A DNA stretch of 64,000 nt from contig OZ244651.1 in NCBI GenBank assembly GCA_965218695.1, positions 1,696,001 through 1,760,000 of the forward strand. The letters run 5' to 3'. A program made the translations under genes and the position numbers. Under the pieces are notes generated by a model that saw nothing but the letters and a program-made list of their open reading frames with translations, was not told the DNA's origin and made no database searches. Source of the DNA: Nitrosopumilus sp. (GTDB lineage Archaea > Thermoproteota > Nitrososphaeria > Nitrososphaerales > Nitrosopumilaceae). Within the stretch, counting starts at the first letter, position 1; every line of letters starts with the position of its first letter. Shown in pieces: positions 1 to 8,099 of this stretch.

Positions 1-528
1 TGCGACGCGGTAGTCTGCAGTGGCACTCATGGCCACCAGCTGGTAGTTGTCGACTATCATCCTCTCGCCGGGAGCCAGTTCCGTCTTGAAGATGCCGCCC
101 CACGCGTTTACAAACATGTCCCCCCGTCCGAGAGTCTTCAGCATGAACAGGTTGCTTCCAAAGACGCCCTTGGTAAATCCCTGCCACTGCGTATCCAGCG
201 TCAGATCCCCGACGGAGCACACGAATGCACCCGACTGGACGATAAACTCCGAATCAACGGTAATAACCTCAATGTCTCCAAGCATGTTTCCGGTGAGGCC
301 AAGCCTGCACCCGTCCTCCCGCGCAGTAAACTCGTTGACAAAGAACGACTGACCTCCAAATGCAGCCACCTTCAGCGACTGAAAGAGGCCGCTCTTTCTT
401 TTCCGGGTTTCTGTCTCTATGTTGCCCCGCATGAAGACCATTGCCGCAGCCTCTGCAGTTACCTTCTCCCCCCTGTCCATGGAGAACTGTATCATTCCGG
501 TGGGGTTTTTTATGATGTCATGCTTCAA
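1..528 (-). CDS. AIM24/TIGR00266 family protein (3' end outside window)
   Basis: Manual translation from TTG at 528: (M)KHDIIKNPTGMIQFSMDRGEKVTAEAAAMVFMRGNIETETRKRKSGLFQSLKVAAFGGQSFFVNEF..., a typical AIM24 pattern; absent from ORF track. Confidence 0.8.
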   Translation of the reverse strand, partial: MKHDIIKNPTGMIQFSMDRGEKVTAEAAAMVFMRGNIETETRKRKSGLFQSLKVAAFGGQSFFVNEFTAREDGCRLGLTGNMLGDIEVITVDSEFIVQSGAFVCSVGDLTLDTQWQGFTKGVFGSNLFMLKTLGRGDMFVNAWGGIFKTELAPGERMIVDNYQLVAMSATADYRVA

Positions 529-638
529 TGATGCCGAATAAGATATGGGAAATTTAGATGTTGTTGTTTGAATCTATCATGACAGCACCATCTGAGATGC
601 ATCTCAGGTTTATAGATGACATGGCACCCCGCACAGGC

Positions 639-1310
639 ATGGCATCCAGGCTCAGGGAGATCAGATCCTTGAACGGCAAGATTTTAGAGTGCAAAAGATG
701 TCCCCGGCTTGCATCATACATCAGGGACGTTGCACGCAACAAGGTAAGGCGGTTCAGGGACGAGGAGTACCACGGAAGACCGCTGCCGGGATTCGGCGAC
801 GTCAATGCAAGACTGATGATAGTCGGGCTTGCGCCTGCAGCCCACGGGGGAAACAGGACGGGAAGAATGTTTACCGGAGACTCGTCTGGCGACTGGCTTG
901 CAAAGGCAATGCACATGCATGGGTTTGCGTCAATCCCGACCAGCCAGTCGCGCGATGACGGACTGGTCCTCAAAAACGCATACGTCACTGCGGCAGTAAG
1001 ATGCGCGCCTCCCCAGAACAAGCCCACGAGAGAGGAGACAGACGCCTGCATTTCGTACCTGGAGCAGGAGAGAAAGATCCTGGACAGGGTTACCACCATC
1101 CTGTGCCTTGGAAGAATCGCCTACGAGGCAGTATGCAGGATGTACGGGGTGAGGCCTGCAGGGTTTGGCCACAACAGACTCTTCAAGCACGAATCAATTC
1201 AAATTCTGACCTCGTATCACCCGTCAAGGCAGAACACGCAGACGGGACGGCTGAGCTGGGAGGAGTGGTCGGCAGTCTTTGCAAGGGCAAAGGCACTGAC
1301 AGAGCCGTAA
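639..1310 (+). CDS. udgB: Uracil-DNA glycosylase family 5 (UdgB-like, 4Fe-4S)
   Basis: CKRCPRL, GLAPAAHGGNRTGRMFTGD, RCAPPQNKP, YHPSRQN motifs; ATG 639 lies ~25 nt after TTTATA (609-614). Confidence 0.9.
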   Translation: MASRLREIRSLNGKILECKRCPRLASYIRDVARNKVRRFRDEEYHGRPLPGFGDVNARLMIVGLAPAAHGGNRTGRMFTGDSSGDWLAKAMHMHGFASIPTSQSRDDGLVLKNAYVTAAVRCAPPQNKPTREETDACISYLEQERKILDRVTTILCLGRIAYEAVCRMYGVRPAGFGHNRLFKHESIQILTSYHPSRQNTQTGRLSWEEWSAVFARAKALTEP

Positions 1311-1323
1311 CTTTTATGACAAG

Positions 1324-2910
1324 ATGGCATCATTCTCAGACATGAGAATTCTGATAGTCTTGCTGGCACTGTTGTTGATTCCTGCAGCAGCAACAGCATC
1401 TGCACAGGAGTATCCGGAGCTTGGGGTAAGGGTGGATGTGGTGGCCGAGAACCTGGCGGTTCCGTGGAGCATGGACTGGATGCCGGACGGTGCGATTCTG
1501 TTTACAGAAAGGGAGGGAAACCTCAGGGTGATCCAGGACGGAATGCTTGTGCCAGAACCGCTGGTGTCGGTGGGGGACAGCAACGCAGAGGGCGGGCTGC
1601 TTGGAGTCGCAGTCGATCCGGACTTTGAGGAGAACGGCTATGTCTATCTGTATTATACCTACAGCGATCTTCTCTCTACGGCAAACAAGGTGGTCCGCTA
1701 CCAGTTTGTCAATGGTGTACTCGCCGAGGACAAGGTGCTGGTTGAGGGAATTCCAGGCGGATGGTTCCACAACGGCGGAAGGATCCAGTTCGGACCGGAC
1801 CAAAGACTCTACATCGCCACGGGGGATGCGGGGGATGCGGGCACGGCGCAGAATCCGGACTCTCTGGCAGGAAAGATTCTCAGAATCAACCCTGACGGGA
1901 CGATACCAGAGGACAACCCGTACGGCGGCTCCCCGGTATGGTCCATCGGACACAGGAACCCCCAGGGGATGGACTGGGACGAGTCCGGCAACATGGTCGC
2001 AACAGAGCACGGACCGTCAGGGTGGAGGGGCGTTGCCCATGACGAGGTCAACGTCATAACTCCGGGGACAAACTACGGCTGGCCTGACATAGTGGGGGAC
2101 GAATCAGCAGACGGCCTGCAGGAGCCCATACTGCATACGGGGAACGACACATGGGCACCGTCAGGTGCTGAATTTTATGACGGGGATCAAATCCCGGAAT
2201 GGACAGGCAGGTACTTTGTCGCAGCCCTCCGCGGAAGTCATCTGCACATGATCGACTTTGACCTGCAAAACAACAGGGTGATCTCCCACGAGAAACTCTT
2301 TCAGGGAGAGTTTGGAAGGATTCGGGACGTGCAGACCGGGCCTGACGGATTTCTATACCTTCTGACAAGCAACCGCGACGGCAGGGGAGCCCCCGAACCC
2401 AACGACGACCGCATCCTTCGCATCACCCCGATACCCGGAGACATGCCATCATTCCCTGCAGAGGCCAGGCACCTAGAGTACGGGTATGACGGGGAACAGC
2501 TGAGCGCAATGATGTCGTACGCCGGATACGAGGTATCGCCGATCAGGTTTGACCTGGATTCAAAGAGTATCAGTTTTGATTTTGTAAGGATTGACGGGGC
2601 AATCCATGACCGTATCGAACTGCTGATTGAAAGGCCCCTGATCTCACCGCCATACACCATACAGATAGAGTCAGAAGACGGAACCGTGTGGAATCAGGAT
2701 GATCCTGACATAACGATTACGGAGGATAATTTTTACAGATACGAACCGGTGCCGGACCAGACTGTAAAGGCAGGAACCGTTACGGTAACCGGAACGTACG
2801 TGATTCCGGAGTTTGGAACCGTCATGCTGTTGCTGGTGGCCCTGACAGCGGGCTTGATTCCGGCGGTACTCTGGTCAAGATTCCGGCCTGGACTGTGGAT
2901 CCGGGGATAG
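1324..2910 (+). CDS. PQQ-dependent sugar dehydrogenase (GSDH family) with PEFG-CTERM sorting signal
   Basis: Signal peptide; HNGGRIQFGPD, GHRNPQG, GRIRDV motifs; C-terminal VIPEFG plus TM helix. Confidence 0.9.
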   Translation: MASFSDMRILIVLLALLLIPAAATASAQEYPELGVRVDVVAENLAVPWSMDWMPDGAILFTEREGNLRVIQDGMLVPEPLVSVGDSNAEGGLLGVAVDPDFEENGYVYLYYTYSDLLSTANKVVRYQFVNGVLAEDKVLVEGIPGGWFHNGGRIQFGPDQRLYIATGDAGDAGTAQNPDSLAGKILRINPDGTIPEDNPYGGSPVWSIGHRNPQGMDWDESGNMVATEHGPSGWRGVAHDEVNVITPGTNYGWPDIVGDESADGLQEPILHTGNDTWAPSGAEFYDGDQIPEWTGRYFVAALRGSHLHMIDFDLQNNRVISHEKLFQGEFGRIRDVQTGPDGFLYLLTSNRDGRGAPEPNDDRILRITPIPGDMPSFPAEARHLEYGYDGEQLSAMMSYAGYEVSPIRFDLDSKSISFDFVRIDGAIHDRIELLIERPLISPPYTIQIESEDGTVWNQDDPDITITEDNFYRYEPVPDQTVKAGTVTVTGTYVIPEFGTVMLLLVALTAGLIPAVLWSRFRPGLWIRG

Positions 2911-2955
2911 GCACCTCCGGGAACAGCAGCAGGCAAATGTGTGACGACATGACAT

Positions 2956-3504
2956 TCAGGGCGGCAACAAAGTCTCAGCAGAGCCAAGACCGATCGCCTC
3001 GCCAAAGTAGTATCCGGCCAGGATGGTTCCGGCGGCCCAGACACACGATCCTGAAAATGTGTAGAGTACAAACTTTGGCATCCTCATCCTGAGCAGTCCT
3101 GCAGGAATGGAGATCATCTCCCTCATTACAGGAACCATCCTTCCCAGAAAGACGGCCTTGTCACCATGCCTTTCAAACCATGCCTCCACACGCTGCAACT
3201 TTGCATCAGACACCCTGAAACGACCCAGATATCTAAGCATGACTACCCGTCCGAGCTTCAGGGACACAAGATAGATGATAAAGCTGCCAAGGGTGGAGCC
3301 CATTGCACCAAGAAGAATCATCAGGGCTACCCCGGCAAGCGGAACCCCGCTCTGCGATGCCAGAAATCCTGCAGTTGGAAAGACTGCAAGTGTTGGTATT
3401 GGCGGAACCACCGTCTCAAGAAGGGCCGCCAGAAAGGTTCCCTCGTAGATATGCTCTCCGAGAAATGTTGAGATCCATACCAGAAACGAGTCAATTGCCT
3501 CCAT
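2956..3504 (-). CDS. dedA: DedA family membrane protein
   Basis: FERHGDKAVFLGRMVPVMREMISIPAG motif; start MEAIDS at 3504. Confidence 0.9.
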   Translation of the reverse strand: MEAIDSFLVWISTFLGEHIYEGTFLAALLETVVPPIPTLAVFPTAGFLASQSGVPLAGVALMILLGAMGSTLGSFIIYLVSLKLGRVVMLRYLGRFRVSDAKLQRVEAWFERHGDKAVFLGRMVPVMREMISIPAGLLRMRMPKFVLYTFSGSCVWAAGTILAGYYFGEAIGLGSAETLLPP

Positions 3505-3704
3505 GGGGTTCTGGCAACGGAATCGTCCTAAATTTCTTGCCGGCATGCACCGGACGATCCGCATCAGGGTACATGGGAATCGGAGGCAACAGGGAGTCCC
3601 GAATCTGCCGGTACTGACGCAACCGCAGGACGGCCGCATCTTGAATTTTCAGGGAGTCACGGATTGGGTAAAATATACTAATAGAGCCAAGGGTAAAAAT
3701 CCGT

Positions 3705-4424
3705 ATGAACAAATCATGGGCAATTATCGCAGTAGCAGTGATAGTTGGGGCAATTGCAACATATGCAGTGGCACCCTACTTTACCGAATCAACTGTGGAT
3801 GAGGCACTGCCTGAAGGGGCCATCATTCCAGAGCCAACCGAGGCTGAAATGATGGAAAAAGACGAGATAATGATAGATGACTCAAGGACGATGTATGAGG
3901 TAGGCAGGGCAGAGACGATAGACCTAAGCGAGATGAGCATGGAGGAGCTGGAGGCCATAAGCGAAGAGAAGGGAATAGACATGGAGGAGCTGGAGGCACT
4001 GAGCGTGCCAGACAACACCAAGGACGAGGCCACCATGAGCGACCTAGAAGTGGAAGGCGTGACAGAAACGCAGATGACCGAGATGGAGATGGCAGCTGCC
4101 ACGCACTATGCGGGAATGTTCGTAGGGGTCAACGACGGAATCCACAATGCCAACGGTGACGCATACACAATTCCGCTAGAAGACGGAAGCACCATACTGA
4201 GGCTGGAGAATTTTGCAGCCACCAACGGACCTGACCTGCACGTCTACCTGGCAACGGACAAGAGGGCTACAGACTATATTGATCTTGGAAAGCTCAAGGC
4301 AAACAAGGGAAACCAGAACTACGGCATACCCGAAGGCACCGATCTTGAGGCATACAGCAACGTCCTGATCTGGTGTGAGCCATTCAGGGTTCTGTTTGGA
4401 AGCGCCGAATTGTCACCCCAGTAA
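3705..4424 (+). CDS. DM13 domain-containing membrane-anchored protein
   Basis: N-terminal TM, acidic linker, NGPDLHVYL...LGKLKANKGNQNY...VLIWC..F.VLFG. Confidence 0.9.
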   Translation: MNKSWAIIAVAVIVGAIATYAVAPYFTESTVDEALPEGAIIPEPTEAEMMEKDEIMIDDSRTMYEVGRAETIDLSEMSMEELEAISEEKGIDMEELEALSVPDNTKDEATMSDLEVEGVTETQMTEMEMAAATHYAGMFVGVNDGIHNANGDAYTIPLEDGSTILRLENFAATNGPDLHVYLATDKRATDYIDLGKLKANKGNQNYGIPEGTDLEAYSNVLIWCEPFRVLFGSAELSPQ

Positions 4425-4596
4425 TGGGCACCAAGTGTTTTTTATTATTCAAACAACCATGGGAGACTCCCGGCAGCCTTGTGTGAATCGGTCATGCTAG
4501 AAACCGTGGGTTGCCTGCCGCAAATACAGGCGCTACGTCATGCTCTGTGATTCACATCACAATACTCTTTATGGGCTGGAGGAGGAGGAGGACACC

Positions 4597-4911
4597 ATGT
4601 CCATTCGCCCCAAACTGTGGTTTGCCACCCTTGCTATTACCGGCATCATATCCTCCAACATAGTGGCTGGCATACTCTACAGCCTTCCGTTGATCGGAGC
4701 AGGGTGTATCAATCTGGCGGCAGCCGCTGTTATGGGGGCACCCTTTGTGGCAACTGTGATAATCATGCGCAGGAAGGGCATGCTGAGGTGGTGGCATGTC
4801 GCGCTGGTGGTGGCAGTCGGAGCGGCACTGTTTCCTAGCCAAACCCCGACCATCGGGCATCTGTGCATCTCGGGGCCTTACGCCCCGCCGCCAGGGTTCC
4901 TGCTCGATTGA
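4597..4911 (+). CDS. Small hypothetical 3-TM membrane protein
   Basis: Hydrophobic ORF preceded by GGAGGAGGAGGAGG SD-like run. Confidence 0.55.
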   Translation: MSIRPKLWFATLAITGIISSNIVAGILYSLPLIGAGCINLAAAAVMGAPFVATVIIMRRKGMLRWWHVALVVAVGAALFPSQTPTIGHLCISGPYAPPPGFLLD

Positions 4912-6105
4912 TATACCTTTCCTACCGTCACGGGCATAACCCGCACTGGTGCCAAATAGAGTCAAAAGTTTGCACCAAACAGTGCGTGCCATGACGTGCC
5001 CACACCAAGGCAAGCTGACACACGCCATTAGGCCTGTTTTTTTTATTTTGATTTCCCATGGGATCCCTGGGCACTCAGGTTGTCTCATGCGGTCTTACAA
5101 AGACCTTCATGACGTCAGGCCGCCTTGCGTGTTCTACTGCCTCGGAGAATCTTTCCAGCGGAAAGGTGGAATCAATCACGGATTCGACGGATATAATTCC
5201 GGATGCAAGCGCCTTGATTGCAGGCTTGAACAGGCCGCATCTGGAGCCCACAATGGTCACCTCGTTTATCACTGCAGGGGTAAGATTCGGATTCCCCCTT
5301 GATGCGACAGTGGACTTTAGTATTATGGTGCCCCTTGGCCGTACGAGCCTCATGGTGTCGGCAAACCCGGAGTTGCTCCCGGAGGACTCCACCACCAGAT
5401 CATATTGCTGTTCATCAGGGGAGCCTATCCCGATCTTGGTCGTTATTCCGAATTTTGCCAGCCGGGCAAGCTTGCTTTTGTGCCTTCCAAAGCACGAGAC
5501 GTGCGGGCAGGCAATCCTGAGTACCTGGGAGATCAGATGCGCCAGCCTGCCATCGCCCACTACTGCAACATTCCATTCGGGTTTCAGGCGGATCTGCTCT
5601 GCAATCTCAAATGCTGCAGCCAACGGTTCCACAAATACTGCCTGCTCGTCACTCATCGAGTCGGGGATGGGGTGCAGGTTCCTTTCAGGGAGCGAGAGGA
5701 GTTCTGCAAAGGCGCCGTCCCGCCCCAGTATTCCAAGGACTGTCCTGTCAGGACAGTGCCTTGCCATTCCCCGGGCACAGTACCCACATGTATCGCATCC
5801 GGCATTGATCTCGCCTACGACCCTCCGTCCGATCATCCCAGGATTCTCAGATTTCAGGACTGTTCCGACAAACTCGTGGCCCATGATGCCCCTGTATCCC
5901 ATGTAACCGTCAAGAATCTCCAGGTCGGTTCCGCAGATTCCCGCCAGGTCGACCCTGACAAGCGACTCTCCGGGTTTTGGAACCGGATGGTTCTCATCCA
6001 TGACTGCATGTGGGAATTACATACAAAAGTTACATTCTTACCGCATTTTTTGGCGTTTTCTCGGCAAATGGCGCTTTTAAATAATAACGCGCCATATGTG
6101 CAATA

Positions 6106-7461
6106 TTGATCCTCACCAAAACGCTCCGCGTCAAGCAATCCAAAGAAAATTCGTCAAAGATATGGGATCTGCACCACGCCGCAAGGTGGTGTTTCAACGA
6201 GGGAGTAAAAACTATGTTCACGCGCGACATTTCTTCAAGAAAGGCAGAAGGCTTGCTGACAAAACTCCGGAAGGAGCAAAAATGGCAGCTGAAATATCCA
6301 AGAAACATGCTGCGCGCAAATTTCAACAACGGCTGCAAGGCTGTCAATTTGGCAAGAGCTGTCCGGAGGAAAAACAAGACGCCGCCTCCGTTAACGCCTG
6401 ATCCGTATTTCAGGAGGAAGCAAGGCGGCAGGCAGCCCGCGATCAGCTCGTTTCAAAAATTAAAGATCATCAAAAACACGCTGAACATGGGGCCGTGCAA
6501 GATTGGGTTGGCCGACGCGTGCGACGAGGAAATAAAATCGTTCCAGATAGTCGAGACCACGCGCAAGATAACCAGACATACAAGGCCCGAAGACCGCACG
6601 TACGAACTGCACGTCCAGTACGAGCACGTCCCAATTGCCAAAAAGGACGGCGACGCCAAGGCAATAGATCTCGGAGCCGACAACATGATCGGCATGTCGG
6701 TGCTGGACAACGGCTCACACGAACTGATAAAGCTGCCAAAAGGCGCAAAGAGGCACAAGCATGACGCCCTGGCAAAAAGGCAGTCAAGACAGTCCAAGAG
6801 GCACAAGAACGGCAGGAATTACAGGCAGGAACAGAGGCGGATCAACAAGAAGAACCTGAAGATAGTACGCAAAAAGGCTGATTTCGTGCGCAAGTCATTG
6901 TGCAGGATTTTCAAGGACGCGGCCGTCGTGGTGTTGGAAGACTTGAAGACGGCCCAACTCATAGGCAAGGGTTATGGAAAACGTGGGCTTAACAGGACGC
7001 TGTCTTATGCCTCGCTCGGCTACGTCAAGGATGAAATAATCCAGCATTGTGCCAAGAACGGCATCCACGTAGTTTTGGTAGATCCGGCATATACAAGCCA
7101 GACGTGCTCGGTTTGCGGGCACGTGGACAAAAAATCGAGGGACGGAGAAAAGTTCCAATGCACGAAGTGCACGCTGGCAAATCACGCTGACATCAATGCC
7201 TCGGAGAACATGGTTTACAGGGCGGTATCAGGGGCGGCAGGGAATGTCGTCTGCAAGCAGAAGGACGGCATGGGACGGATCGCCCTCAAGGTGAAAAAGT
7301 TCCAGAAGGAGAGAACCAATCCGGACCGTTTCCAGTTTGGCTCCAGGAGCCATGCGGGGCATTATTGCGGGAGGGCTGATGCCCATCTGCCCGCAATGGT
7401 GCCATTGCTGCTAGAAAAACACGAAAGTTGCACCAAGAAACGGTGTAACTTTTGTATGTAA
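6106..7461 (+). CDS. tnpB: RNA-guided endonuclease TnpB (RuvC plus Zn ribbon)
   Basis: RuvC-I AIDLG, RuvC-II VVLEDL, YTSQTCSVCG...FQCTKC Zn finger, RuvC-III HADINA; stop codon lies inside the right TIR. Confidence 0.93.
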   Translation: MILTKTLRVKQSKENSSKIWDLHHAARWCFNEGVKTMFTRDISSRKAEGLLTKLRKEQKWQLKYPRNMLRANFNNGCKAVNLARAVRRKNKTPPPLTPDPYFRRKQGGRQPAISSFQKLKIIKNTLNMGPCKIGLADACDEEIKSFQIVETTRKITRHTRPEDRTYELHVQYEHVPIAKKDGDAKAIDLGADNMIGMSVLDNGSHELIKLPKGAKRHKHDALAKRQSRQSKRHKNGRNYRQEQRRINKKNLKIVRKKADFVRKSLCRIFKDAAVVVLEDLKTAQLIGKGYGKRGLNRTLSYASLGYVKDEIIQHCAKNGIHVVLVDPAYTSQTCSVCGHVDKKSRDGEKFQCTKCTLANHADINASENMVYRAVSGAAGNVVCKQKDGMGRIALKVKKFQKERTNPDRFQFGSRSHAGHYCGRADAHLPAMVPLLLEKHESCTKKRCNFCM

Positions 7462-7466
7462 TTCCC
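7330..7466 (+). ncRNA. Candidate omega-RNA scaffold (3' part) overlapping the tnpB 3' end
   Basis: Hairpins 7338-7352 (6-bp stem), 7358-7403 (14-bp stem, 2 G-U, nested GGGC/GCCC) and 7421-7455 (14-bp stem, 2 G-U); position typical of TnpB omega-RNAs; 5' boundary unknown. Confidence 0.55.
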
Positions 7467-7605
7467 CTGCATGCCTTCCATCAAAGCAGATGGCTCTCAT
7501 GGTACGGCTGTATTCGTGCCGGGTTTTAAAATAACTGATTTGTATCGGAACCGGCATGCCACACACGGGATGCCAATTAATAATCGGAGGTATTTCAGAC
7601 TGCAA

Positions 7606-8031
7606 ATGAGTTATCGGTTTTTGGATCATGCAACGGATGCAATCGTTGAGGTGGACGCAAAGGATCTCAAGGAAGCCTTTGCGGTGGCTGCCCGTGCAGT
7701 CATAGACCTGACCATCGACCAGGGTACGGTGGCAGAGAAGGGCCAAAGGCAGTTTTCGGCAGGCGGCAAGGATCTGCACTATCTTCTGTTCAGCTGGCTT
7801 GAGGAGGTCGTGTTTGTGCTCATTACGGAGGGGTTTGCAATAGCCAGGCTGGAACTTGACCTAGAGGAGGAGACGACTGGCGGCACCCACAGGATACACG
7901 CAAGGGCGTACGGCGAACCGCTTGACCTCCGCAGGCACAACTTCAAGGTGGAGGTAAAGGCACCCACGTTTTACGACATGCAGATCAGCGAGAAGGACAG
8001 GGTCCGCATGAGGTTCCTGCTTGACTTGTGA
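7606..8031 (+). CDS. Archease
   Basis: MSYRFLDHATDA...EVKAPTFY...FLLDL. Confidence 0.92.
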   Translation: MSYRFLDHATDAIVEVDAKDLKEAFAVAARAVIDLTIDQGTVAEKGQRQFSAGGKDLHYLLFSWLEEVVFVLITEGFAIARLELDLEEETTGGTHRIHARAYGEPLDLRRHNFKVEVKAPTFYDMQISEKDRVRMRFLLDL

Positions 8032-8099
8032 ATAATTATTCGCAAGATCATATAACAAAATACACATCTTTTTTAAAAGTCAGATAATACAGAACTAGC

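Larger units (their letters stand above)
6012..7466 (+). mobile_element. Non-autonomous TIR-bounded element carrying only tnpB (IS1595/IS1-like ends)
   Basis: Perfect 23-bp TIRs GGGAATTACATACAAAAGTTACA (6012-6034) / TGTAACTTTTGTATGTAATTCCC (7444-7466); TSD CTGCATGT (6004-6011) / CTGCATGC (7467-7474). Confidence 0.93.
5075..7500 (-). pseudogene. Zn-dependent (MDR) alcohol dehydrogenase split by the TnpB element; 5' fragment 7467-7500, body 5075-6003
   Basis: GICGTD, GHEFVG, CDTCGYC...C motifs; removing the element and one TSD copy restores in-frame MRAICFDGRHAVMDENHPVPKPGE. Confidence 0.9.

Noticed and set aside
6106-7461. Cas12f-type CRISPR effector
   Set aside because: No CRISPR array or cas1/2/4 nearby; bounded by transposon ends.
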